From IMG/VR virus record IMGVR_UViG_3300033066_000276, positions 1 through 64,000 of that record: a stretch of DNA of 64,000 nt. The stretch is one strand, 5' to 3'. Shown in pieces: positions 19,281 to 29,057 of this stretch (its first letter is position 1; every line of letters begins with the position of its first letter). A program made the position numbers and the translations under genes. The notes beneath the pieces were generated by a model. It had not been told where the DNA came from, searched no databases, and saw nothing but the letters and a program-made list of their open reading frames with translations. Source of the stretch: a virus. Lineage: Duplodnaviria > Caudoviricetes.

Positions 19281-21662
19281 TTAACCGACAGACTCGAAGA
19301 AGCTGATATCCCCTTCGCGGGTAATGATTGTGCGAAGGCGAATCTTTTCAACCGGGTACACAGGAACTAGGTACAGGTCAACGTTCAGCAACCCTTGCTC
19401 TTCATCCGACTGCTTGTTGTTGCGTCCATCGCACACCACCAAGAACAGCTTGAGTGCTTCCTGTTCCCGCAGGGGAATGAGGAAGGAGTTAATCATCTGC
19501 TTGATTGTGAACTGAGCGAACGCGGCGTTTTGTTCAAACACCGAGAAGTCCAGCGCACTGATGATTGACTCTTGAATGAAGATCAGCAGGCGACGAATGT
19601 TGATGTAGCTGAGCGGTGAGAACTTCGATTGCAGCGTTCTGTCACCCCAAGCAACGTAGCCACGACCGTTCTTACGAATGATCGCGTTGATGCCCTTCGG
19701 GGTGAAGATTTCAAGGTCACCTTGCTCGTATTCCTTATACAAGCCAGAGACGTTGTTCAGAATACCGCGATTGAGACCCGCAGGTGCATACCACGTACCG
19801 CGCGTGTAGTCCGTGCGGGCGTAGATCGATGCCATCTTGCCCGAAGGCGGAGTGTAGCGACCGATGCTGTTGTACTGCGAGACGTTCTTCACGTCGGGGG
19901 TGTAAATAGCCGAGAACGAAGAGTTGATATTCAGCACTCGGTCACGGTACTCAACCGCCTTTTGCACTTCCTGATACTCGGGCGGCATATCGAGGATAGC
20001 CATACAGTCGCGTCGTTGTTTCGCCAACGCGTCCATCGAGTATTGAATTTCAGGATCGCTGTAGCCACCGTTAATCATCATACGCAGCGGGTAACGCTCT
20101 TTGTTCGAGAGCGAGTTCCAACCAGCGATAACTTGCGAGTTGGTGACACCCGTAACGGTCGAGCCGTTCTTGAGCCACTGCACCGCAGAACTGACGACAA
20201 GCGTTGAGTACGAGTTGCCCGAGTAGGTGGAACCAAAGCGCACGTTGTACGCCGGATCTTCTTCGCTGCGATAACGAGTGTAATCCGGTTGGTAGATACG
20301 AATGTATTGCGACTTGTTCGGACCTTCGTTGACCACTTGCATGATGTTGGTCTGTTTGCCGAGGCCGTTGACTGCTTCGTGCAGCGTCACAACCCAGCTC
20401 TCAACGATCACGGTCGGGCGATCCGACAGGTAAACTTCGAGCGAGAACTCACCCGTCCAGGCTTCCGCTTCAACCACTTCCGCCGAAGTAATTGTCGCCT
20501 GGGTAGAACCAAGCGTCACAGCAGCCGAGTCAATGACGATTTCGTGCCCGTCCAGGTGGCCGGTATCGAAGATGTCGATTTCAAGGGTAGCTTCGGTAGC
20601 GTCGCTTTGCAGATCACGATCCAGCGGTTGATCGGTGAACTTAGCTTCCAAACCAATCGGGTTCAGGGTAGAACGTAGTTCCGCCAGCAACAGGTCCATC
20701 GTATTGGCGTGACTGGTGGCATAGGTCACCGGATCAATATCTACACCATCAACTGAGATATCAACCACGTTGGCCGTAATCAGCTTGGTAGAGAAGGTCA
20801 AGCGCCACAGGTTCGGTCTGCCGATGTTTGGCTTGGTGATTCTAACACCAACCGTATTGCCGTCAGCGCCCGGTGAGATAGCGAACACGTCGAACAAACG
20901 CGGTTCAACGTAGGCAGCTACAGCAATTTGTCCTGCACCAAGCGTAACCGCAAAGGACACGACAGTCGGCTTTTCAACGCCTTCCGGCAACCACACTCGG
21001 ATCAGTGATCTGTTGGCAGTTGAGCCCGCAAGAACAGTACACGTAATCGTGCTGTTACCAAGGTTGGTCCGCAGCGACGCTTGCAACGCGACGGCGAAAG
21101 CCGTAATCGAAGCAGCGGAACTGGAAGCATAGGTCGTGGTGACAGTGACGTTGGCATTGCCATCGCCGATGTTGTAGATCAGGGTAGTGACGTTAGACGC
21201 AACCAGTACGCCAGGGAAATCCAACATGATAATGTCGTATCCCGCACCTTCGTACCCATCATCGGAGCCGATGCCAGGATCGTAGGCATACGTGATCTGC
21301 GCATCACTATAACCCGCGTCATAAGCCGACGTGGATTGACCCACCAAACCTTCATTGTGGTTCAGTGAGTTATGGAAGCTGAGGTTGGCGTACTTTGAAC
21401 CGTTGTCCACGCGAAGGAACCAACCGTTCTTGCCATCCTCGAAGAAGTCGATCACGCAATCGTGCGCCTTACTGATGGCCGGACGCGGCTCACCAAACAG
21501 GCGAATAAACTCTTCCCGGCCCGACAGAAAGACAGGTTCGTTAACCGGCCCTTTGCTACTGGCGAAAACACAGGAAGCGATAGAGGTCGATAGCCCTTCA
21601 ATGACTTGATAGGCGTCGATCTCTTCCGAGTAAACACCTGGAGCCTGATAGAACTGCGCCAT
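19281..21662 (-). CDS. Contractile tail sheath protein
   Basis: APGVYSEEID N-terminus, KGPVNEP, YTPPSG, GTWYAPAG, WGDRTL, YINIRRL, VFEQN sheath motifs. Confidence 0.96.
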   Translation of the reverse strand: MAQFYQAPGVYSEEIDAYQVIEGLSTSIASCVFASSKGPVNEPVFLSGREEFIRLFGEPRPAISKAHDCVIDFFEDGKNGWFLRVDNGSKYANLSFHNSLNHNEGLVGQSTSAYDAGYSDAQITYAYDPGIGSDDGYEGAGYDIIMLDFPGVLVASNVTTLIYNIGDGNANVTVTTTYASSSAASITAFAVALQASLRTNLGNSTITCTVLAGSTANRSLIRVWLPEGVEKPTVVSFAVTLGAGQIAVAAYVEPRLFDVFAISPGADGNTVGVRITKPNIGRPNLWRLTFSTKLITANVVDISVDGVDIDPVTYATSHANTMDLLLAELRSTLNPIGLEAKFTDQPLDRDLQSDATEATLEIDIFDTGHLDGHEIVIDSAAVTLGSTQATITSAEVVEAEAWTGEFSLEVYLSDRPTVIVESWVVTLHEAVNGLGKQTNIMQVVNEGPNKSQYIRIYQPDYTRYRSEEDPAYNVRFGSTYSGNSYSTLVVSSAVQWLKNGSTVTGVTNSQVIAGWNSLSNKERYPLRMMINGGYSDPEIQYSMDALAKQRRDCMAILDMPPEYQEVQKAVEYRDRVLNINSSFSAIYTPDVKNVSQYNSIGRYTPPSGKMASIYARTDYTRGTWYAPAGLNRGILNNVSGLYKEYEQGDLEIFTPKGINAIIRKNGRGYVAWGDRTLQSKFSPLSYINIRRLLIFIQESIISALDFSVFEQNAAFAQFTIKQMINSFLIPLREQEALKLFLVVCDGRNNKQSDEEQGLLNVDLYLVPVYPVEKIRLRTIITREGDISFFESVG

Positions 21663-21677
21663 GTCGCTGTCTCTCCA

Positions 21678-22115
21678 TTATTTCTTGAGTAAGTCTTCGG
21701 AGGTAGTCACATTCGGTTCGTCGGCAATGTATTCACTGTCTTGATCGTCGTCGATTGTTTCTTCGACCATATCGATAACAGCAATTTTGTCTTCTTCCGA
21801 AAGTGTTTCGTCGTTAATCTCAACCTGTCCGGCTGAATTATCAGCGTTCGTGTCTTCGACTACAGGTTCAGGGGCTAACTCTTGTTCAGAGTTAAGAAAA
21901 ACTGGTGCATCGACGATCGACTCCTGTTCGGGAATTTTCACGCCGGGTGTTGGCACGCCTTGCAGCGCCAGAATAGCTAATCCCGCTGGTAGTTCGTCAG
22001 GGAAGCTACTGTCCAAATGGGCCGTACCGTTTGGTGCTACTTCAAGGACTTTGCCAGTGCTGTTCTTAACACGCACCGGCTTCCTTTTGTAATTCTTGAC
22101 AACGCGAATTGTCAT
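21678..22115 (-). CDS. Hypothetical protein with acidic C-terminus (head-tail region)
   Basis: ORF with RBS between the tail-completion-like gene and the sheath. Confidence 0.6.
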   Translation of the reverse strand: MTIRVVKNYKRKPVRVKNSTGKVLEVAPNGTAHLDSSFPDELPAGLAILALQGVPTPGVKIPEQESIVDAPVFLNSEQELAPEPVVEDTNADNSAGQVEINDETLSEEDKIAVIDMVEETIDDDQDSEYIADEPNVTTSEDLLKK

Positions 22116-22126
22116 TCGGATTCCTC

Positions 22127-22477
22127 TTATGCGTATAAGACCAAAAAGTTGACAGGATTGTCCACGTCTTCATTGATAAGTTCGACAGCTCCAACCGCTC
22201 CCGTATAGAAGAAAACTTTGTTCACGTCGAACGTAAAGTCTTCCCCATCAATGTGAGCAGTTATGGAGATTGGCCTGTCAACCACAAGGTAAATTAGTGA
22301 TTCTGACCCTGTAAAGCTATAGCTTGTGGGTGTGTTTTCATCTACGGCAACAGGGATTACACCGCGAATTTCGTTGTAATCAGAGATGGAAAAGGAAGCT
22401 CTATTGGGCTTCAAGAAGTCTCTCTGCTTAGACACTAGGCGAGTAATGTCCAAGTCGAACAAAAGGGTCTGACTCAT
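22127..22477 (-). CDS. Hypothetical beta-rich virion-region protein (paralog of 34452..34838)
   Basis: IYLVVDRP...VFFYTGAVG...NPV shared with 34452..34838. Confidence 0.65.
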   Translation of the reverse strand: MSQTLLFDLDITRLVSKQRDFLKPNRASFSISDYNEIRGVIPVAVDENTPTSYSFTGSESLIYLVVDRPISITAHIDGEDFTFDVNKVFFYTGAVGAVELINEDVDNPVNFLVLYA

Positions 22478-23166
22478 AGGGCGGTTACCTCACCTGTAGA
22501 TAGATCAACGTTGAACGAGTCCGCTGGTGTCAACACGATTTCCTCGTCAGTACCTTGATAGAGGATGCTCTCGTTGATGCGAACGTTCTTGATCTTGCGG
22601 CGTCGATAGATCTTACCGACGTAGGACCAAATAGTCGCAGCGGTTTCAAGTTGATAAGGGGGTTGGGTCTCATCGTTCTCGTTGTGCTCTGGGAAAACGA
22701 TGGAGGGCTCAAGCTGAACCTTAATGCCGATCTTCCCTGGATGGTCGCGGGTCTTGAGCTTAAATTGTAACTCGTAGTCTTGATACATCCACTGCTGAGA
22801 AAACTCTAGCACGTCGGGGCCATTGTTACTCAGGTAGGAGACCACAAGAATGGTGCGAACAGGTACGGCTGAAAGGTAATAGAGAAAGTCGTCGTCGGAT
22901 CCAATCACGACGCCGTTGCGTTTCAATGATCTACGATTGAAACTTTCGATGTTTGGGTCGATAGCTGAGATTGAGCAAGCAACGATTGGTAGTCCTTCGA
23001 CACCGAACTCAGCGAACACCTTCTTCGCTGCCCCTCTCGCGGAACTGAATACGGCACGGGGCTTGCGGTCTTTCGACGGCGCAAGCCCCGCTAGTACCTC
23101 TGTACTCGCTCGAAGAGATTGCTCATAGATAGAACTCAGCGGAGTGTCTTGAGCGATTTTGGACAC
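22474..23166 (-). CDS. Putative tail terminator / neck protein
   Basis: 230 aa between capsid and sheath genes; synteny and LPIVACSI...VPVR...LVVSY pattern. Confidence 0.45.
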   Translation of the reverse strand: MSKIAQDTPLSSIYEQSLRASTEVLAGLAPSKDRKPRAVFSSARGAAKKVFAEFGVEGLPIVACSISAIDPNIESFNRRSLKRNGVVIGSDDDFLYYLSAVPVRTILVVSYLSNNGPDVLEFSQQWMYQDYELQFKLKTRDHPGKIGIKVQLEPSIVFPEHNENDETQPPYQLETAATIWSYVGKIYRRRKIKNVRINESILYQGTDEEIVLTPADSFNVDLSTGEVTAL

Positions 23167-23168
23167 TA

Positions 23169-23642
23169 TTAAGCCTTTGCTTGTCTCAGCCTACGCTTCC
23201 TTGCATGGCGAGCGAGTGACGACGGCTTGTCGCTATAGTCACTCTCTTCTTCCTCGTCATCCGAGTCGTCGTCACCGTCGGCTACTTCCTCACTGTGTTC
23301 AGCGAGGTATTCGTCCGAAGCAATTTCAAGGTAGGACTTCGAGTTGCTTTGGTTGATCTGCGAGGCTAGTTCTTCAATGCCATCGAGGCTGATCGACTTG
23401 AGGGCAAGGGCTCTGGCTTCTTGCATCTTACCTTGGTGTTTGAAGGACACCGCAGCAGCGAGGCAATCACCAGCAGCATTGTACTTGTGGAGGGCCACTA
23501 AAGGGTTGCCCCCTTGGGCTGCCGCGATAGTCTGCAGCAGCCCTTGGAGAACAACGTCTTCATCGCAGCCGTCGAAGTGACCCAGAAGAAGCGAGGCCGC
23601 TTCCAGAATCTTCTTCTTGTCTTTTCCGTTCGGTTTGAACAT
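23169..23642 (-). CDS. Hypothetical protein after the major capsid gene
   Basis: ORF with RBS; acidic then basic tail; contains EELAS/EIAS motifs. Confidence 0.6.
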   Translation of the reverse strand: MFKPNGKDKKKILEAASLLLGHFDGCDEDVVLQGLLQTIAAAQGGNPLVALHKYNAAGDCLAAAVSFKHQGKMQEARALALKSISLDGIEELASQINQSNSKSYLEIASDEYLAEHSEEVADGDDDSDDEEEESDYSDKPSSLARHARKRRLRQAKA

Positions 23643-23676
23643 CGGCTGCCTCTTACAAATGATTGGCTACAGTGGA

Positions 23677-24786
23677 TTAATACTGCAACGAACCCTTTGC
23701 GACAGCGCGCGCGTTGCCCAGGGTAAGCGACAGGATTTCGTGGAAATCCCAGCCACGGCCCGGACGCGCGTCCGTGATGGTGGTGTTCAACTCTTGGGTT
23801 TGGATCGGACCACGATCGGTGTAAGCACCGAGGTTTTCCGGGTTACCAAACACCCAAATGTCGCCACGGGTCAGAACCTTCAAGGCTTGGTCGCGGAAGG
23901 CGTCGGTGATAACCGAACAACCAACAACGCGGCCAATCTCGCCGGTCATAACAATGTCGTGCTGCGAGATCGGGTCAAACCACGTCGCAAACGCCGACGA
24001 ACCGAGCATGTTGTTCTGCACGTCCGTCGCCATCAGGATGGTGGCTGCCGGGAGGCCCCATTCAGTCACGCCGCCTTTGAGGGCAGTGAGAGCTGACGGG
24101 GTGAAACCACCCGAAATATAGAGCAGGTCGTTTTCGACACCGACTACATCATTCGCCAGGGCCAGGAAGAGTTTGTCTTCCTTGACGAGCACTTGCTCTT
24201 GAAGTTCAAAGAACTTCTCGTCGAGCAGGTCGCCCGGACCTTGGTTGAGTTCGATCTCACCGATCGAAATGCGACCGCGGACATAGAATTCCGGCGGGTG
24301 CATGTAGTAGCCGCGCAGCAGTTGGCTTTGGAGGCTGGCGCCGTCCGAAGAAACTGCAATCGCACGGGTGTCCTTACGACGAACTCTGATACGCGGGGGC
24401 ATACCTTGGGTCGCTTCGCCTTTCAGCATCAGACGACGCATGAAGCCATCGCGTTCACCAGATTCGTTGATTTCGGCACCGATCAGAGCGCCAAGCTCAA
24501 GCCATGCGTCGCCCTTGCGGTCGTGAAACGCAGCTTCTACGGTTTCCCGCAGTTCGCGCTTTTCTTCCGCTGAGGTTTCAGCATAACGTTGCTGGCGATT
24601 GGACATCACTTCGCCTTGCGCGACTAGCTTTGCAAGGTTGGCAATTTCCTTCATCAGTTCCTGACGGCTCGACGCATTGATCTCGCCGTTGTTGCCAACA
24701 AGGTGTTCGCCCTTGCCACCATCTTTACGATAGTCGCTAGCGCGTTCCTTGCCGACTGTCATCTTCTTCCAGGGGTTCGGTCTCAT
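23677..24786 (-). CDS. Major capsid protein (HK97 fold)
   Basis: 369 aa after the scaffold and decoration genes; ERDGFMRRLM, EDKLF, G(E/R)VVG.SVITD, GRGWDFHE pattern of HK97-type capsids. Confidence 0.8.
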   Translation of the reverse strand: MRPNPWKKMTVGKERASDYRKDGGKGEHLVGNNGEINASSRQELMKEIANLAKLVAQGEVMSNRQQRYAETSAEEKRELRETVEAAFHDRKGDAWLELGALIGAEINESGERDGFMRRLMLKGEATQGMPPRIRVRRKDTRAIAVSSDGASLQSQLLRGYYMHPPEFYVRGRISIGEIELNQGPGDLLDEKFFELQEQVLVKEDKLFLALANDVVGVENDLLYISGGFTPSALTALKGGVTEWGLPAATILMATDVQNNMLGSSAFATWFDPISQHDIVMTGEIGRVVGCSVITDAFRDQALKVLTRGDIWVFGNPENLGAYTDRGPIQTQELNTTITDARPGRGWDFHEILSLTLGNARAVAKGSLQY

Positions 24787-24834
24787 TGAATGTATTCCTT
24801 GGTTAACCGGCTATAGGTTTGACAGAGCTAGCTA

Positions 24835-25545
24835 TTAGCTCACCCAGATTCTCAGGCCGAGCATGGGATTCTCAGCCGTCGGAACCTTCGTCGGATGACC
24901 TCTGACCGTCGCCCCGGTTGCGCCGGATGCCATCGTGAACAGGCCGCTGGCCGTGACCTTGAGCGTCGAAGCACCCGTGAAGCCAGCCCAGTTGTCTGCC
25001 GCAGCGAATTGGTCAGTGTAGAACTCACCGCCGAGCAGCGCGGTAACGCTGTCCGTAACGAGCGAGGGCTGCACCGCGCCGAGATAGGTGCCGTCGCCAA
25101 ACTTACGTTCAGCTTCTGCCGCCGAAAGCGTGCGCTTGTAGCGGACGTTGAGCAGCGCGCCAGTGTTATCGGCATGGACCGTAATGGTCGAGCCGGTGAT
25201 GGCGAACTGAGCATTGCTCGGCGAAGCGTTATACGTGAGTACAGCGCCACCGTCGATCTGGACGAACATGGCCGTCGTAGGCGTCAACGGCGTGTAGGTC
25301 GTTGTGCCAGTCAGAGCCGTGAGTTGCACTTGTTCCACAACCACTTCCGTGGTCGGGAGCACGTGAGACGTGAGTGCGATACCGCAGAACACATCATTGT
25401 TTGAGCCGCCATCCCCGAGCATGGCTTTGAACTCGCCATCCTCATATTCATAGGTCAGACCGGCACCTTGGACAATATCGGCACTTGCGCTATACAGCGG
25501 AAGTTCCACCGATCTTTCCATTCTCGTACCAACAACAGTCAGCAT
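24835..25545 (-). CDS. Head decoration / capsid-stabilising protein
   Basis: Beta-rich 236 aa immediately upstream of the capsid gene; GIA...GEFYTDQF...P.A.NP.LG pattern. Confidence 0.6.
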   Translation of the reverse strand: MLTVVGTRMERSVELPLYSASADIVQGAGLTYEYEDGEFKAMLGDGGSNNDVFCGIALTSHVLPTTEVVVEQVQLTALTGTTTYTPLTPTTAMFVQIDGGAVLTYNASPSNAQFAITGSTITVHADNTGALLNVRYKRTLSAAEAERKFGDGTYLGAVQPSLVTDSVTALLGGEFYTDQFAAADNWAGFTGASTLKVTASGLFTMASGATGATVRGHPTKVPTAENPMLGLRIWVS

Positions 25546-25593
25546 TTAATTCTCCACTTTGTGGTTAGGGCGTTTGTAAGACACCCGATCAGT

Positions 25594-28500
25594 TTATCGC
25601 TTGCTACGGGATTGGATCGACTTGCGAACCAACGCGAGATTGATTGGCTTCTGCGTAGCCGTCTCCTGTTTCGTATCATCGTCTTCGTCATCCGTTACAA
25701 TCTTGCCAGCAGTGGCGAGGCGATCTCGGAAGTCACCGCCACCATCATCGTCGCGTTGAAAGTTGTAGCTGGCGTTCTCAACCGTTCTTGCAACTACGTT
25801 GCGAGCGTCGGTCGATTCTTTCGCCAGTTCGTCAGCCTTCGCAAAAGCAACTTGGACAAAGTCCTCGCCTGCTTCGGCAAATGCTGTGTCGATCAATTTA
25901 GCTGGATGCTTAACACCGTTTTGCTCCAGCAGTTCGTAGAGCTTCGCTTTGACCGGGTGGTCTTGCAGATCTTTCAAGCACTGCTTGTTCATAGCAGCGA
26001 GAGCAATCTGAAGCCCGTGACGAAGCGCCGATCTGAACTCTTTCTGCTTACCTTTGAGTTCGGCAAGCCGCTTACTCATTTGCTCTTCGATGAAATTGGC
26101 CGCTTCTTGGTCAATGTCAAAGGCAAGCTCAATCGGCTCAAGGCCGAACGTAAGCGCAAGTTCATCTGACTCTGCACCATGCTCTTTGGCCGCAGCCAAG
26201 AAAGCCGTTTCAAGAGTCGAGATCTTCGTCCACACCTTGGCAGTTTCAGGCTTGGCCTTATCGTAGTTCAACACTGCGACAGGTTGTCCATCTACCATGA
26301 CGTAGACTTTTTTCATGTCTTTCCCGCCATGAGCGAGTTCGACGTCCTTCTCGAAGAAGGTACTAGCGACCTCCTTGAGGAGATTTCGTGCTAGCACTGT
26401 ATCAGCTCCTGCGTATGAGAACGAAAGTGGGTTGGCACGATGCTTTTTGTAAGCCTCGTAACCCTTACGATCCTCTGCTTCTCGATCTGCGTCTTCTTGT
26501 TCCTTTTGGGATTTCAGATGACGTAGCTCTTCAAGTTCTTGTGCAGTCTTCGCAGGCTTCTGCTTCTCTTCCTCGTGCTTTTGCATTTCATCTTCGTCGA
26601 AAGACTCAGGGTGACGCGCCTTGATGCCTTTGATGGCACCCTTCGTGTCCTTGATCCTTTGCTTTTCTTCGTCGATGCGCTTGCGTTGGAAGTTCTTCGA
26701 CTTAAGAGCTTTGATCTTGTTGTCGTCGCGAGCAATCTTGCGCTTACGGCCAACCGGCCCCAAGCCAAACTGCTCACCGACAAAATTCTCAAACTTCTTA
26801 CCAGCCTTACGAGCCCAGCGGTGAACTGGGGAGGTACTGAACTTCTTGGGATCACCTTGGAAGGCTTGCTCAAGAATATCGTTCACACGACCGACGTAGG
26901 TGTGAGCCAGAACCATAACGTCAAGAGCGTCTTGCTCTTCTTCGATCATCGACGAGACTTCCTCACTGTAAAGTGGGGACTTCTTGTCACCGAGGATCGT
27001 AGCCATCGACAGAGCCACATACAGGTTCTCGTTCTCAGACGAAAGGTCTGGGTAACGGTTGAACTTGTCGTGGAACTCAACGCGGGCCGCGATGTAAGCC
27101 GAGCCAACGATGTGGTTCAACGATGCGACTTCTTCGTCGTCAGTGCTCGACTCTTCGATTTCATCATCGTCTTCCGAGGCTTCCACCTCTTCTTCGATTT
27201 CGTCATCATCAGCGTCGGCGTTGACTTCTTCGATGTCTACGTCAACTTCTTCGTCAGTACCATCGGCGATCTCTGCAAATTCAACGTCGAAGGTTGGAAG
27301 CAAGGTGGAAAGTTCTTCCCACTTGTCACCGGCTTCTTCTACACCGAACAGCTTTCGCGTTGCCGCAATGTCGAGGTCATCCTCAGTCGGGAGCGAGTCA
27401 ACGTCCACAGCATCAATCGACTTGCCAAGAGCTTTGAACTCGGCGAGGGCGGCAAAGTCGCCTCGCGTCTTCTTGATCTTGCCGAACTGATCGCGCAGTT
27501 GTTGATACTTCTCAAGCGTCAGGGTGCCGTTTTTGATACCCTTATTCTTTTCCTTTTTGATCTTCAGCAAGGCTTCACGACGAGAGTTCTTACTCAGGCC
27601 AAGACCTTCCTTGAGACGATCACCAAGGTTCTTGGTGTCACGACCGTTGATAACGACAGACTCTTCAGCCTCATCATCATCATCCGACGAAGCCTCGGTT
27701 TCTTCTTCCTCGTCGTCACCGGCGTCATCGTCCTCATCGGACTCATCATCGCCGCTGTCGTCGTCTTCCGAGTCATTCTCATCGGACTCGTCGTCGCCTT
27801 CGCCCTCATCGGATTCATCATCCTCATCGGACTCGTCGTCGCCATCATCTTCGGTGTCTTCGTCGTCTTCTGACTCGTCGTCACCGCCGTCGTCATCGTC
27901 GTCACCAGACAATTCAGCATCATCGTCTTCGTCGTCAGATGCCTCTTCTGAGTCATCGTCTTCGTCGTCAGATGCCTCTTCTGAGTCATCGTCTTCGCTG
28001 TCGTCGGCTGAAAGTTCTGTATCTTCTTCGATCAGATCATCATCGTCCGAGGCTTCTTCAGCATCGTCGTCATCGTCAGACTCTTCCGAGGCTTCTTCGG
28101 ACTCATCCTCGTCGTCATCATCTGACGCCGTGGTCTCATCGTCATCATCCTCGTCATCAGACGATTCTTCGCTGTCGTCGTCATCGTCAGACTCTTCCGA
28201 GGCTTCTACTTCCTCGTCGTCATCGTCTTCCGATGCTTCCTCAGCATCATCATCTTCTTCGTCGGAGGCTTCTTCAGATTCTTCTTCGTCGGAGGCTTCT
28301 TCAGATTCTTCTTCGTCGTCATCGGAAGCAGCTTCTACTTCCTCAACGTCATCAGAATCTTCTTCGGCTTCTTCTGTTTCTTCGTCGTCCTGGGCAGCAA
28401 CAGCCACCAGGGTATTGCAGACGTTGCAATGGATCTTTCGGCCGTCTAGGGCCGTAGCAACTTCTGGCGTGGCACGCAGGGTGACGCCGCAGGTCTCACA

Positions 28501-28755
28501 GTCGCCAATAATTGACATTGATGCGACCTCAGCCCCATCCAAGTCAACTTGACCATTATCGTCTGCAGCCATCACTTCCCCGTTAATCGGTGAGTACGGC
28601 TGAAGACTGTCATTCGTGATGACCCGGATGCCCGAGGTGCATGTGTGTGCCCTCGCGCAGACCGGCGTAACCACGTTGATAGGGTGAGACACAATGACAG
28701 GGAGCTTAACCCCTTTCATCGCCTTCTCAACCTTCGCGGTTTCGGAAATCTTCAT
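25594..28755 (-). CDS. Large acidic prohead scaffold/core-like protein with N-terminal Cys motifs
   Basis: Start moved to 28755 (GGAGA RBS); CARAHTC, CETC and CNVC motifs; ~250 aa D/E/S low-complexity tract; helical C-terminus; lies upstream of decoration and capsid genes. Confidence 0.65.
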   Translation of the reverse strand: MKISETAKVEKAMKGVKLPVIVSHPINVVTPVCARAHTCTSGIRVITNDSLQPYSPINGEVMAADDNGQVDLDGAEVASMSIIGDCETCGVTLRATPEVATALDGRKIHCNVCNTLVAVAAQDDEETEEAEEDSDDVEEVEAASDDDEEESEEASDEEESEEASDEEDDDAEEASEDDDDEEVEASEESDDDDDSEESSDDEDDDDETTASDDDDEDESEEASEESDDDDDAEEASDDDDLIEEDTELSADDSEDDDSEEASDDEDDDSEEASDDEDDDAELSGDDDDDGGDDESEDDEDTEDDGDDESDEDDESDEGEGDDESDENDSEDDDSGDDESDEDDDAGDDEEEETEASSDDDDEAEESVVINGRDTKNLGDRLKEGLGLSKNSRREALLKIKKEKNKGIKNGTLTLEKYQQLRDQFGKIKKTRGDFAALAEFKALGKSIDAVDVDSLPTEDDLDIAATRKLFGVEEAGDKWEELSTLLPTFDVEFAEIADGTDEEVDVDIEEVNADADDDEIEEEVEASEDDDEIEESSTDDEEVASLNHIVGSAYIAARVEFHDKFNRYPDLSSENENLYVALSMATILGDKKSPLYSEEVSSMIEEEQDALDVMVLAHTYVGRVNDILEQAFQGDPKKFSTSPVHRWARKAGKKFENFVGEQFGLGPVGRKRKIARDDNKIKALKSKNFQRKRIDEEKQRIKDTKGAIKGIKARHPESFDEDEMQKHEEEKQKPAKTAQELEELRHLKSQKEQEDADREAEDRKGYEAYKKHRANPLSFSYAGADTVLARNLLKEVASTFFEKDVELAHGGKDMKKVYVMVDGQPVAVLNYDKAKPETAKVWTKISTLETAFLAAAKEHGAESDELALTFGLEPIELAFDIDQEAANFIEEQMSKRLAELKGKQKEFRSALRHGLQIALAAMNKQCLKDLQDHPVKAKLYELLEQNGVKHPAKLIDTAFAEAGEDFVQVAFAKADELAKESTDARNVVARTVENASYNFQRDDDGGGDFRDRLATAGKIVTDDEDDDTKQETATQKPINLALVRKSIQSRSKR
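27920..27997. repeat. 33-nt tandem repeat (about 2.4 copies) within the acidic tract
   Basis: tcatcgtcttcgtcgtcagatgcctcttctgag twice plus a partial copy; encodes DDSEEASDDED. Confidence 0.9.
28253..28318. repeat. 27-nt tandem repeat (about 2.4 copies) within the acidic tract
   Basis: tcttcttcgtcggaggcttcttcagat twice plus a partial copy; encodes EESEEASDE. Confidence 0.9.
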
Positions 28756-28891
28756 CAGGTTTCTCCAGATTAGCCAGGGCAAAGGTATAGCAATGGCCTC
28801 GACTACCCCTAAAATTAGCCGAGTTGATTAAAATCCATGCAAAACAACACCTAGACGCAAGTTTGGTTCAAATGCGAGTGCTTTGAAGACG

Positions 28892-28918
28892 AAAAAAGCG
28901 AGGGCTGAAAACCCTCGC
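28892..28918 (-). terminator. Rho-independent terminator
   Basis: Minus strand GCGAGGG-ttttcag-CCCTCGC followed by TTTTTT, downstream of 29058..29423. Confidence 0.8.
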
Positions 28919-29057
28919 ATGTGCATGTTTTTATTCAGTTTTTTGTGTCAGTTCGGCGGCTGCAATTGCCTCGATTTGGAGGACACTTCGGTCTGGTACG
29001 TGATTGACACTAGAGCGTTTTTAGACCTGTTTTTCTGCTATTCCACCTGTTTTAGCT

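Noticed and set aside
27900-28320. Short direct repeats as a possible CRISPR array
   Set aside because: Contiguous in-frame coding repeats with no unique spacers
27524-28552. Long plus-strand poly-Ser ORF (342 aa) and overlapping 444 aa and 126 aa ORFs
   Set aside because: Antisense shadows of the Asp/Glu codon tract of the scaffold-like gene; no RBS or independent signal
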